From: Lepidodermella squamata
Taxonomy: Eukaryota; Animalia; Gastrotricha
DNA length: 64,000 nt
NCBI GenBank assembly: GCA_047495785.1
Contig: JBLDXI010000032.1
Coordinates: forward strand, 2,728,001-2,792,000
Direction: 5' to 3'
The notes under the pieces were generated by a model. The model was not told the origin of the DNA. It saw nothing but the letters and a program-made list of their open reading frames with translations, and did no database searches. This document shows, one piece after another, positions 23,657 to 35,332 of this stretch (positions are counted from its first letter, which is position 1; each line of letters opens with the position of its first letter). A program made the position numbers and the translations under genes.

Positions 23657-25228
23657 ATGCAATTATACACAATATTTTTTACATTTTTGTTACACGCTTC
23701 ACGAGCGCAATGGCAGTCGGCAAAAAATGGTTACGGCAGCCAACAGCAAACTGTGGATCGAGTAACTCAGTGCCCGTTGAAGTTGACTGCGCACAAAACT
23801 GAGCTGAGCAAATATTCGCTGCAGTATCCTTTCCTCGACAGAGGCCTCGCGATATTCAACGACCTAAAAATCGATTGCGACGGTTTCATCTACGAATGGC
23901 ATTTTCTATCAGCTGTAACCGTAATTTGGGGCCTTCATCTAGCCGTATTCCGCCAGTCAGGGCAGAATAGCGACGAATTGGCGATAATCCACGAAACCTA
24001 CGTGAATGGCATGACAACGCGTTCCTTCGGCGACACTTGGGCAATTTTAAGGCTGCAATATCCACTAAAAGTTCAATCAGGTGATTATCTCGGCGTTTTT
24101 TACGACAAGAATGTAACGTTAGCGTACGGAGCTTTATCGCTACGGTCGATGGGCCGCCGCATGCCGGACGCAGCGACGGATGAAACGGCTCGAAGCCAAC
24201 ATTTTCGGCCGAATACGCTGATGTTTCTCCACACGGCCGATGAGTTAAGAATGTCGAGCGGAATCGTCAATCGAAGAGACGCGTTTAAAATCGAGCGGTT
24301 ACCTGGGCTTTACGTAATGTTGTCCTCTTCGGTCCCAGGCGAAATTACTACTAGTACGACGACTCAAAAATATCCGCAGTTTGCCGTTCAACAAAATGAT
24401 AATATTAGATCTTACGATGTAAGGCCGAAAATTATTCGACCTGCAACTACGGGTAAACCTGCCTCAAAAGATTCGAATGCCGGTTCCAATTTTAACATGC
24501 CCATTCCGGCTACTTTGCCGCCTTTCCCGATTCCTCAAAGTGTTCAAACGGATGATGTCTCAAAATTAAAAGCTGCTGCTTCACCTCGTTAGTAGTTTTT
24601 ACTTTATTTTTGCGACTAAATATTTTTTCTTTTTTCAGGTTGCGTTGGCGTTCCTCCGCATTACAGTTGCAATAACCTGATGATTCGTTTTTACTACGAT
24701 TTTCAGGGTAAGGTATGTCGCCAGTATTTGTCTTGCTCCACTGCGCCAGAGGCCGAGCGGTTTGGCTTCACTTCCCACAGCCTTTGCATGGCAACTTGTT
24801 CGCCGAAGCCTCAGCAATCAATTCCAATTTCATCAACCACGACTACGGCAATGCGGTTGGAGCAGACAACAGCGTCTCCAAGTGAGAGCAAAATCAGCGC
24901 TGAGGCGGATGTTCATATTGCCCTACCTGAGACGTTCGACATGAGTGACTATTATGTCGAAGGAGAGGATTATAATGACGTATTACCGGACGTATTACCG
25001 ACGACAACTGTCAAATTGACATCGCGAAAAAACGACCCTAAGAAGGATAATTCGAGGGGTCAAGCAATTGACAACAGGCGAAATCGGTTAGACAAAGCAA
25101 AAGATGGCGATGAAAATAGCCGGCAGCAATCGGAGTTGGACGATGCGATAGTACCAGTTGAAGACGATGGTACTGGCAACGGCTCCTTTGTTACCCCAGT
25201 TTTTCCATATTTCGCCTTCCGGAAATAG
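23657..25228 (+). CDS. Secreted protein, same domain + Kunitz-like (paralogue 3), 2 exons
   Basis: ATG 23657, signal peptide; DCDGFIYEWHFLSA..IWGLHLAVFR...VQSGDYLGVFYDK; RFYYDF...CRQYLSC...FGF....C...C. Confidence 0.72.
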
Positions 25229-25525
25229 AAATGACGCGAAATTGAACGACGCTGTGGAAATGTTTTGTTAGTAAAAATAAACAAAGTGATTGTTAGTTGT
25301 TAGTTTACAAGCCTATGACCAAATTTTCCCTGAGATACATTTTTTTATTCCTTACTCTTACTTCACTTACCATGCAGAATTCAAATAGATATGAATGAGT
25401 GAATCATTAACGTAGGCATGGCTTACAAACCTTATCCGGTCTGGCTGGATGATATCAGCTGATACGGCCTAGCTTTTTTTGTGAGATGCACTCATCCATG
25501 AAAGCAAAAGAAGGCTAATAAAATC

Positions 25526-27146
25526 ATGGAGAACCAGCCGGTGGTTTCAAAATCTCCAACATGTAAGTTTAAGGTTTGCGGTTAGAGCCAACTATTTTTT
25601 TTAACATTATACGCTATATAGTTAAATTTGGAAAGCGCCACGTCCTAGCGTTATGGCTGTTCAGCGGTTTCATCAACGTTTATATTTTGCGAGTGTCAAT
25701 CAACGTTGCAATAATTTCTATGGTCAACCAAACTGCAATTAAGGAAGAATCGAATCATTCCTCAATTTCTACCAACGGAAGCTGCCCAGCGCCTGAGGTA
25801 AAAAACGACACGGCACCAGCGAAAGATGTAAGATTTTCAACATTGCCAGAAACATAATTCAATTCATATTTCTCAAGGGTGAATATTTGTGGGACCATCA
25901 AACTCAAGGTGTTATTTTGAGTTCATTTTATTACGGCTATATCTGCACCCAATTCCTCGGCGGCTACTTGGCCCGAGCCTTTGGCGCGAAACTTCTCTTT
26001 GGCATCGGAGTCGGTGGCACCGCTGCTCTTACCCTTTTGAACCCAGTAGCAGCTGGAGTTAGCTCAAGTTTCCTCATCGCTGTTCGCGTGATAATGGGTG
26101 TTTTGGAGGGGGTCACTTTTCCAAGTAGCCATTCTCTGAACGGCAACTGGGCACCTAAAACCGAGCGAACCCTTTTGGTCGGGTTCCCACTCTCAGGGCC
26201 ATGTATCGGAACTGTTATTTCCGCACCATTAACAGCTTTGTTGTGCCAATACGGTTTCGCCGGAGGTTGGGCTTCGTCGTTCTACGTGTTCGGTGGCCTT
26301 GGTTTACTGTGGTGCGTTGGTTGGTTCTACTTCATCAGCGATACACCGGCTAAGCATTCGACAATCACACCCGAGGAACGGCGCTACATCGAAGAAAATT
26401 GCGAATCTTCAACCGCACCGATTTCTGTAACTTCCATGCCATGGAAATCAATTTTCCTCAGTTCGAGAGTCTGGGCACTTCTCGTAGCTCACATTTGCTA
26501 CAATTGGAACTTTTACACGCTTTTGACGGAAATTTCAACGTATCTTCATGACGTCCTGCATATAGATTCGACCTTGAACGGACTTGTATCTTCACTTCCT
26601 TATATTTGCCTATTTATATGTCAAGCGATTGCAGGGATTGTCTGCGATTATCTCCGGAAAAAGGGTATCGTTTCCACGAAAAATGCGCGCAAAATTTGCT
26701 ACGCGGGCGGTATGGGATTGTCGGCTCTTTTTCTCGTCATCATCGGGCAAGTTGGCTGCGACACGAACATTGTAATTCTACTGCTTTGCCTATCTGTTGG
26801 ATGCCTCGGCTTTGCCCAGGCCGGGTTCATTGTCAACCACGTTGACATCGCGCCGCAATACGCGTCCATCTTAATGGGTTTTACCAACACGTTTGCAACA
26901 CTACCCGGCATTATTTCGCCCATTCTAACTGGAGCTATCACGAACGAAGCCTCGACGATTGCGACGTGGCAAGTCGTGTTCTACATTTCAGCTGGTTTCT
27001 CAGTCGCGGGTGCGCTTGCGTTTGGCCTATTCGCCGGGGGTGAAGTTGAACCATGGGCAAAGGTGTCCAGTGATGTTGAACCAATCGTAGACAAGGAGGA
27101 GAACATTGATCAAGGCGCCAACCCTATCAACGTTTCACAATATTGA
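25526..27146 (+). CDS. SLC17 family MFS anion transporter (sialin-like)
   Basis: LRVSINVAIISMVN, WDHQTQGVILSSFYYGY, RVIMGVLEGVTFP, WAPKTER, NHVDIAPQYASILMG.TNT; ATG 25526; two short introns. Confidence 0.93.
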
Positions 27147-27217
27147 TACCATGTGATATGAAATCCAAGTAAAGATTGGAAAGAAAACCTATCACGCTTA
27201 CGAGTGGCTGTTATTGA

Positions 27218-27441
27218 AAAGGGTTACCCTGAATGAGATCCTGAAATTGGGGTTCCAGCACTAAATTTCCTCAATCGGTTTTAGTGGTTTTCCCCAGATC
27301 AGGGTCCGAAATTATTTTCAATTCCCAAGGTTTACTAAAATAAAAATCCTAGGGCTATAGGGAGTATCCTTGTCGATCAGAAGCGGCGGAAAATTTAGTG
27401 CTGAAACCTCAATATTGGTTAAGGAAACATCTGGACCCTTT
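27218..27441. mobile_element. Small degenerate inverted-repeat (MITE-like) element
   Basis: ATTGGGGTTCCAGCACTAAATTTCC versus reverse complement of GGAAAATTTAGTGCTGAAACCTCAAT; ends AAAAGGGT/ACCCTTTT. Confidence 0.35.
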
Positions 27442-27557
27442 TGAAAATTCTCCTTCCGAGACACTTTAGTTCTTCCAGCTTGCCAAATAAAAGACGTTTG
27501 AAAAATTCGATGTTGGAACGATGCAAGAGAGCCGCGGGCGGTTCCTCTGGTAAAAGG

Positions 27558-27992
27558 TGGCGTTTCGGTTCTTATCGATACGTCTACGAGTTCTACAACA
27601 AACCTGTCTTGCCAAGTCCGCCAATGATTTTCGAACTCATCTATCGACTATTTGTTCATCTGAACAATAACTGCAAGCCTAAACCTGAGCCTCCTAGAAA
27701 TACTGATTTTAGTAAGCTTTCAGTGGCTTTTTCAACTATACATGAACATTCCGTTTGCCAGAGGAGTATTTCATTGGCAACGATATCGCTGATTTCGAAT
27801 ACACGAGGTTGGAAATGTTTGAGCGTAACGCGGTGGAAATATCGTTAGATCAGCGGAACCTTGCTGAGAGCAGCAATAATCCAGTTGAGAAGTCAGAAAT
27901 TTCAATTAAACACCCATTAAAAAAACAACAATTCTTTTTCTAGCTTGAAAAGTCGAGTGAAAAGCATTGACGATCGCCTTGAGGATCGCTGA
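27558..27992 (+). pseudogene. Orphan 3' fragment of a TRPM-like channel gene (TRP box + coiled coil, 3 exons)
   Basis: WRFGSYRYVYEFYNKPVLPSPPMI resembles TRPM WKFQRY..EY..RP.LPPP; then L.MFE and LKSRVKSIDDRL after short introns; no transmembrane exons upstream. Confidence 0.6.
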
Positions 27993-28189
27993 GCATGTTG
28001 CAACTCGCGATAAAATCATCGGCCACGAGAAAATCAATCTAAATTTTGATAAACTCCCGAAATCTCAAAATTTCGTGTGAAAGCAGTTTATTCAGCAAGA
28101 CCTTTTTACCTAAAAATGACCTGATGACCTTAATGTCTAAATGTCACTGGGTAAATAAATTATGTGGAGTTAATTTGGAGTTTGGATTA

Positions 28190-29494
28190 TTATTCCAGGT
28201 CGATCTTGCTGTTAACATCGGCTAGGCTGATAGGCTTCTTTTCCTCAGCCTGTCGGCCATTCGTAGCGCAAGCTGAGAAATCACTGCTGCCAGTTCCAGT
28301 AATATCCAGAACGTCTTCCAACTTCTTGCAAGCTTCGATCACATCAAGCTCCATTGGTTGATTCTCAAAGGGAAGGGGCTTGAAAGCACGAAGGTGGACG
28401 TACTCATTCGTGCCAATTTTAACTTTCATGTAATAGTTCCGGCCAGCAACGACTTGAGACCTGTACGAAATGAGTTCGAACATATCGGGTTTTCGCTGAG
28501 TCTTCTGCGTGAAGGCGGGCAAAATAACATTGGCAAGGTCCTTCTTCAGCTCCGCAGCCTCATCAGCATCGTTCCCACTCGCTCCAAGTTGAGCGACAAC
28601 GACGGGCTTGCTGTAGCCACCAGCAATATTATCATCATCATCTTCTAAATCATCTTCGTGCATCTCAAGGATGACTGTTTTAGGCTGAGCTGTTGTTGTT
28701 GTAGTAGTAGTGGTGGTTGAGGGTAGCGAGTCAGCCATGAAGAACACGACTTCATCGGACAACGTTTTACCACGCTGGACGTTCTGCAGCTCCATCGGCT
28801 TGTGGGTATAGGGCAGCGGCTCGTAAATGCGAAGATGGGCGTATTCGTTCGCCTCGACCTGGACCTTGACGTAGTAAACGCGACCAGCTACGACCTGGGT
28901 GGTATAGGCGATCATTTCCCATTGGCTGGGTTGATGCCCGGTCTTATTTATATACGCCGGCTTGATCAGTCTGTTCAACGCGTCCTTCAGGTCGTTGATA
29001 TCGTCAACGTTACGACCTGCAGCTAAGCTTTGAGCGACAAAAATCACATCTCGGCTTGTTGCGCCCGCGACCATAACGGTTGCGCGGCTTTGCGTGACTA
29101 TAATGTCGGAATTGAAGTATTCAATAGCGTCGCCAAGTCCCTTTCCGCATTGGACGTTGGTCAGCTGCATTGGGGCGTCTCCAAGAGGCTTGTAGATGCG
29201 AAGATGGCAGTAAGAGTTGGCGGCAACTCTCACCTTGGCGTAGTAGTTCCTGCCTGCAACGACTTGGGTAGTATAGGAAATGAGCTCAAATTCAGCGGGC
29301 GTTGATTTTGTTTTCGCGATATAAGCCGGTTTGATTGTGGTGTTGAGTGCTGTTTTCAGGGCGGCGATTTCAGCAGCATTGGCAGCAGCTGCATTCGCAT
29401 TTGAAAGGACGATAGCGTCCGAGCTGACGGCTCCAGAGATTTGGGCGTCTCCTCCGACAGCTAACAACAAGGTGATTGCTACGTATTGTAGCAT
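28190..29494 (-). CDS. Secreted three-domain stefin-like cystatin
   Basis: Signal peptide; three QVVAG motifs each followed by YYxKV...HLRxY.PL and K...D...(Y/F)F-type ends; intronless. Confidence 0.9.
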   Translation of the reverse strand: MLQYVAITLLLAVGGDAQISGAVSSDAIVLSNANAAAANAAEIAALKTALNTTIKPAYIAKTKSTPAEFELISYTTQVVAGRNYYAKVRVAANSYCHLRIYKPLGDAPMQLTNVQCGKGLGDAIEYFNSDIIVTQSRATVMVAGATSRDVIFVAQSLAAGRNVDDINDLKDALNRLIKPAYINKTGHQPSQWEMIAYTTQVVAGRVYYVKVQVEANEYAHLRIYEPLPYTHKPMELQNVQRGKTLSDEVVFFMADSLPSTTTTTTTTTAQPKTVILEMHEDDLEDDDDNIAGGYSKPVVVAQLGASGNDADEAAELKKDLANVILPAFTQKTQRKPDMFELISYRSQVVAGRNYYMKVKIGTNEYVHLRAFKPLPFENQPMELDVIEACKKLEDVLDITGTGSSDFSACATNGRQAEEKKPISLADVNSKIDLE

Positions 29495-30869
29495 TATCGA
29501 AAAATTAAAATTGAATCTAAAAATACAGTATTAAAAATGAAAGTTAATCGTTGGAATTTTCTTGAAGCATAAAAAATGCAGGTTTTTACGAGCATTTTAG
29601 CCTCGTCGACCTTGTTTACCCCTTATACGGCCTATAGAAGAAAGCGCACGAAAATACAGTTGGATGCCAATGACGTATGCACAACTACTGCTGTGAGCTT
29701 GTTGTGAACATTTTTTTCAACATTTTTTAAGCTCATGCTATAGCTTTGTACACGAATGCACGATGTGTCATGCGTCCACGTTTTAGTCGCTGTATAAAAA
29801 AGTAACTTTATGAAACTAGATGATTTGCTGAACTTGCCTGTCTGTTGACCTGAACCATAGATTAATAATTTTTTAAATTAAGGCAAAGCCGTTACTGACC
29901 AGCAGACTTCGAAATTCTGGGGTTTATATTCGGCCATAATTTCTGCCCAGTCATGATCAAGGGCAATGAGTAATCCACCTGAAATGTTTGCAATCCCATC
30001 AATCATAAAGGAATTAGGAACATGCCGATCTATTGAGTAGCATGTTTGTTCAGCTGCAGAGACAAGAAATTATTTTGCAATTATTTTGCTTGAATAGTGG
30101 ATATTTAAAAAAATTCTCAGAAGATACCTATACATATTTCAAGGGTCTGTGAAGAAACTGAATTCTTCCGGCTTAGCATTTTTTGTGAAACAGGAATGAT
30201 TGAAAATTGAAGGTAATTGAATTGAGTATTTAATTGATAAAAACCTTCATTTTGGTATCCTAAATATTTTCCGTCATTTGGGGTGAATCGCTCGGGGCGA
30301 TTTGGCCGAAAAGCAAACATTTCGGTTTAATTCAAAATTCGAAAATTGACTAATTAAAAACCATATTAATTAACCTCATTAACCTCATTAACCTGATCTC
30401 TATGTTAAAAGCCAGCCGTAAATAATATCGTGTTTTAAAAAACCGAAGAAATTTGTTCATGAAATTGTAAGAATTTCATAATTTTTTTCAGTTAATCAGT
30501 TGCTGAACTCTTTTAGGGGTAGATAATCTGCACGTACCTAAGAGAATTGCTGGAAAAATGAAATAATCGCTAGAGATGAATTAGGATGCGAGCGAATCGA
30601 GTCAAAAGTCTAGTATTCAACATTCAACCTCTTTTGAAATGCAAAAATGAGCATTTTCAGCTGTGATATTTATGAAAATGCGGGAGGAATTCATTAACTC
30701 GCTTCTGCTTTAAACTGCTTTTAACATGATAGAGCTTCACGTATGTGTTAGATTCGAATGCTGGTACAGTAGGGAATCAAAAGGCATTTATAATTAAAAA
30801 ACACGAAAATGGAGATATTGAGCCAATTTCGACAACGTTAAGATGGCTAAAAGCTGATCGTTCTCACAG

Positions 30870-30871
30870 AT

Positions 30872-30905
<34 letters not shown>
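30870..30905. repeat. (ATTT)n microsatellite
   Basis: About nine tandem ATTT units. Confidence 0.9.
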
Positions 30906-30907
<2 letters not shown>

Positions 30908-31420
30908 GAGCATTTATCCCACAGTTGAGAGCTCGGTTATAAAAAAATTGTCAGTGAGAAAAAAATGTAACAACAATTCATGATTATTCGGTCCTGTTCA
31001 GAATTTAAGAGTCAAGTAGATTCCCAACTGTGTCCCAAGAATGCCGAAATTTCTAAAATTTTTTAATAAATAATATTAGTTTGGTGTCTGCCACTGAGCG
31101 AGGCCACTGGCGAAAAATATGAAGGCTGATTGCTGGAGATGAGTACTTTCATTAGGAATTAGAACCTTGACGGTGATAGCGTTACGGACGGTAATGGAAT
31201 GGTTTAGAAAAGTTTTAGGCTCCGATGATAATATATTTGTGTAGTGGTTCGTTTAAAAAAGCCCATTTTGAACGTGTGAAACTTTACCAGCGCTGCTTGC
31301 CCAAAATAACACAGAAAGCAAACCTGGTAAGTTTTTTTATTGTTTGAGAATAACCTTTCCTATACTGTTGCCTACTAGTAATAATAATTATTAGCTTGGC
31401 TCCAAACAAGAGAAAGAAGT

Positions 31421-33427
31421 TCAAAAATACTCAATCGTATCGTTTAACGACTTGACAGGTTGAACACCAGCTAATATGGTCGGGGCGTTACCTTTCATTG
31501 ACAAGGGCTTGAACAAATTCAGGTGATAGAAATTGCCTGCATTTAGCACCTTGACAAACATGTTTGTACCAGCTACAACTTGAGTTCTGTAGGAAATCGG
31601 AACAGGGTTGCTCAAAGCAACGGTCGTTTTGGTCTCGAAAACATCTCGAACATTGCTCGAGTTTAACGCAACTCTGATGTCATTCATTTGATTTCCGAAC
31701 TTCTTTTGATCGGCTGGATCGCTGAAATTGATTAGCGGGCCAAGACCGCCTTTTAACAGCGAAGGAGGCGGGGTAGGCAAAAACTGGAACCTTGAGGCGT
31801 CATCGAAATATCCCAGGTTATCATTGGCAGTTTTGTTCAGTTGAACACCGTTCAACTCCAATTCATCAGATAATTTCCCCGGGATTAAACCTTGGTGCAG
31901 ACGAAGGTGGGCATAGTTACCGCTGTCGAGCTTAACCTTGACGAAGTAATTGATCCCAGCTACAACTTGAGTCGCATACGAGACAATCATCATGTTAGAG
32001 TTTGTCAAATTCGTTTTCGCGGTCCATTGCTTTTTGAAACCAGCCGAATCCAAGGTCTTACGAATCTTCACGACATCAGATGAATTCGTGTTAGTTGCAT
32101 TGACTTGGATCTCAGCCCCCACGCCACCCGCTCGCATTGGCAATGTTGGCAACATAACGCGAGGCTGTTGCGGCGGAATGCGATCATCGAAGTATGTTAA
32201 CGAATCATTTAGAGTTTTGTTCAACTGAACGGCAATTAATTGCATGTCAACAGATATATTATTCACAGGTATTCCTTGGAACACGCGAAGGTGGGCCCAT
32301 TGATTTGCACCGATTTTAACCTTGGCAAAATGGTTCCGACCAGCTACAACCTGGGTTGCGAAAGAATCCAGATCGAAGGTCGTAACATTGCTCCAGTTCG
32401 TTTTTGCTACCCATTGTTGTTTGAAAGCAGTTGAAGCCAAGAAATTTCGCAGGGCCACAACTTCAGATGAGTTTGAGTTGGTACTATTGACTTTTATCGG
32501 GCTGCCTAATCCGCCTGCTCGAATGTTCAAACCTGGCGGTTCGATTCGGGGCCAACTAGGCATTGGATCCCGTTCAAATCTGGTTCCCTCAAAGTAGGAT
32601 AGAGAGTCATTCAGAGATTTCCACAACTGGACGCCAAGTAATTGCATGTCGGCGGATTTATTACCCATAGGCAACCCTTGGAAAATGCGAAGATGGGCCC
32701 ATTGATTTTCACCGATTTTCACCTTGGCAAAATTGTTCCGACCAGCTACAACCTGAGTTGCATAGGAATCCAATTCGAAGGTCGTCACATTGCTCCAATT
32801 AGTTCGCTGCACCCATTGCTGCTTGAAAGCAGTCGAAGCCAAAAAGTTCCTAAGCTCAACAACTTCAGATGAATTCGCGTTTGAACTGTTCACTTTCGTA
32901 GCGTTGCCAACTCCTCCGGCTATTACAACCCGATAACCTGGCGGTTCGATGTAAGGCGGCAAGGGCACGGCCGTGTACATCGGCATCGGCATCGGCATGG
33001 GCCGCCGGGGCACAGTGTTGCCATTCATATCGATTTCCTCGATAGCATCAGTCAAATTATGGTTCAGCTGCGCCGCTTCTAGGGTCGCGTTACCTCGCAG
33101 ATCCTCAAAAATTCGAAGGTGGGCGAATTTATTGTCGGCGTATCGAGCTTTCGCGAAGTAAATCCGCCCGGCTACAACCTGGGGCACGAAAGATATCAGA
33201 TCCAGCTGACTCGCAGTTACGTTAGTTTTCGCTGCGAAAGAAGCTTTAACAGATGAGGAGCTCAGGTGGCCTTTCAGTTTAGCCACATTATCAGCGTATA
33301 AACCAGTCGCATTTGCGTAGATCACATTGCTGAAATTCGCCCCAAATGACGGCGGCACGGCTACACGCGGTAGCTGGGCCGAGCTAAGTTCGAACAAAAC
33401 GCAACTAGCTACAACTAATATCCACAT
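31421..33427 (-). CDS. Secreted five-domain stefin-like cystatin
   Basis: ATG 33427 (MWILVVASCVLF); five QVVAG motifs, each with GG N-trunk and K..ND.(L/I).YF-type end; Pro-rich linkers; many NxS/T sites; domains 2 and 3 near-identical. Confidence 0.92.
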   Translation of the reverse strand: MWILVVASCVLFELSSAQLPRVAVPPSFGANFSNVIYANATGLYADNVAKLKGHLSSSSVKASFAAKTNVTASQLDLISFVPQVVAGRIYFAKARYADNKFAHLRIFEDLRGNATLEAAQLNHNLTDAIEEIDMNGNTVPRRPMPMPMPMYTAVPLPPYIEPPGYRVVIAGGVGNATKVNSSNANSSEVVELRNFLASTAFKQQWVQRTNWSNVTTFELDSYATQVVAGRNNFAKVKIGENQWAHLRIFQGLPMGNKSADMQLLGVQLWKSLNDSLSYFEGTRFERDPMPSWPRIEPPGLNIRAGGLGSPIKVNSTNSNSSEVVALRNFLASTAFKQQWVAKTNWSNVTTFDLDSFATQVVAGRNHFAKVKIGANQWAHLRVFQGIPVNNISVDMQLIAVQLNKTLNDSLTYFDDRIPPQQPRVMLPTLPMRAGGVGAEIQVNATNTNSSDVVKIRKTLDSAGFKKQWTAKTNLTNSNMMIVSYATQVVAGINYFVKVKLDSGNYAHLRLHQGLIPGKLSDELELNGVQLNKTANDNLGYFDDASRFQFLPTPPPSLLKGGLGPLINFSDPADQKKFGNQMNDIRVALNSSNVRDVFETKTTVALSNPVPISYRTQVVAGTNMFVKVLNAGNFYHLNLFKPLSMKGNAPTILAGVQPVKSLNDTIEYF

Positions 33428-33574
33428 CTTCAAAAATAAAAACTGAGAATCTGAACCATTTTCTGAGCAGGCTAAAAGGGATTGTTTCCGTAAAAAAACC
33501 AGGTGGCTGAAAAATCCATTTTTTATTGCGCAATCATCAACAGTTTTTTGCGTGGCAAAGGGATTGCCATTTCA

Positions 33575-34429
33575 TTATCTAGGTGCTCTTTGGCTTGAAG
33601 AAGTTTTCGCGAACGTCTCGTCGTAAAAGTAAGACACGCCATCGCTCAAAGTCTTATTTCCCTGAATTCCATTGAGTATCATCGGCAGTCGAGTGAACGA
33701 CAGGGGTTTGAAGAAGGCCAGGTGGACATATTCACTATCAGCCACCTTAACTTTTAGAAAGTAATTAGTCCCAGCGACGATTTGTGTCGAGTAAGAAACC
33801 AGTTGCCAATCGCTTAGGTTCTTTCGGCCCAATCTCGCCATAACTTGATTTTTCACATCAGAATCGTTGATTGCAGCTTTCAGTTTTTCGATCTCTTCCT
33901 TGGTAGAATTGTCGTTTTCAAGATCCGTCGCGTTGATGACAGGCCCAGCTCCACCCAACAGCCGAGGCGGGGCTGCTAGCATCGGTTTAAAGGTCACAAT
34001 GCTAACGATTGTTTGCTCGTTATCAAAATATTCCAAGGGATCAGCCAGAGTTTTATTAAGCTGGAACGCGTGTAATTTCGGCAGTTTTCCTGTGAATTTC
34101 AGCGGTTTGAATATGCGTAAATGCGCATAGGTATTATTGCTAGTCCTGACTTTTGCGAAGAAATTCGTTCCGGCCACGACTTGAGTTGCGTAGGAAATCA
34201 GCGTGAATTCCGCCGGCTCTTTTCGATTGTTAGCCGAAAGCATGAATTGAAGTTTAATCGTCGAATCGAGGAGTTCTCTTAGCTCGATTTCATAGCCACT
34301 TCGCTCCGATTCGATTTCGCTCGCATTTATAGCCGGGCCCAGGGCGCCAGAATCGACGTTACGCACCAGTTGGCAAAGCGTAAAATGTGAAAATACAAGA
34401 ATTAATCCAGCCGATATTAGAAAAGCCAT
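33575..34429 (-). CDS. Secreted two-domain stefin-like cystatin
   Basis: Signal peptide; QVVAGTNFFAKV and QIVAGTNYFLKV; KTLADPLEYF. Confidence 0.92.
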   Translation of the reverse strand: MAFLISAGLILVFSHFTLCQLVRNVDSGALGPAINASEIESERSGYEIELRELLDSTIKLQFMLSANNRKEPAEFTLISYATQVVAGTNFFAKVRTSNNTYAHLRIFKPLKFTGKLPKLHAFQLNKTLADPLEYFDNEQTIVSIVTFKPMLAAPPRLLGGAGPVINATDLENDNSTKEEIEKLKAAINDSDVKNQVMARLGRKNLSDWQLVSYSTQIVAGTNYFLKVKVADSEYVHLAFFKPLSFTRLPMILNGIQGNKTLSDGVSYFYDETFAKTSSSQRAPR

Positions 34430-34561
34430 GTTTTATTGTACAAAATGAGTGGCTATATCAGAATCACAATGAAATCGAGAACGGGAATGCGAAAATGCAA
34501 CGCTTCATCCAAGCGTGACGTGTGTCCTTTTGTTTTGCAATTATTCGTAACGCGATGGCGT

Positions 34562-35092
34562 TTACTCAAGGTCGACCTTTTTGTTAGGTAAAACAAGTGA
34601 TAGCAGAGTTGTTGCCTTTGTTTCATCGTTACGAAACGGGATCAAAGGATCGTTACGGCTTTTACCGCGCTGGAACTCGGCTAGTTGGTAATTATTAGCT
34701 CGATTATGTTGTAAGACCAGCGAATGAGTAACCCGCAAATGAGCGTATTCATTATCACTCAATCGTACCTGATAAAAAATATTGGTTATAAATAAAATTA
34801 GGATTGATTATTAAATTTTTCTCACCTTCACGTAATGTTGGGAACCACCTGATGTTGCGGTCAAGGCGACTAGTTGAAATTCATCTGTGCTTTGCCCATC
34901 GTTAGCCATTTCATTAAATTGCTGCCGAATAGTTGTGTTAAGGGCAGTCTCGAATTTCGATTGAAAATCATTTTCCAAATTAGCCTGTCCTGAGTAAATT
35001 TCCGCATTCGGCATAATCATAAAATAGGTGAAGGCATGAATTTGACCAAAAGCGCCGATTAAACATGAAAAAAGTAACTTGTAACTGAACAT
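34562..35092 (-). CDS. Secreted single-domain degenerate stefin-like protein, 2 exons
   Basis: Signal peptide; intron 34769-34825 joins HYVK|VRLSDNEYAHLRV; QRGKSRNDPLIPF; QVVAG replaced by TSGG. Confidence 0.75.
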
Positions 35093-35332
35093 TTTTTCTG
35101 AATTGAAGCAGATTGAACTATCAAACGGTCGACTTTACGGTATATTTAACCAGGTGAGCTAAACGTAAACATGTTTTCACCTTACGTTCATGTGCGTAAA
35201 AAACGTGCGTCATTAAACACAAAAAAACGATGAACTCATCAAAAAGCGTGGGAAAAATCCAGACTCATCACATTTTTATTCTTATTACATGCGGTAAAAC
35301 AGTCACGTGAATTGAAATGAGGTTTTATATAG

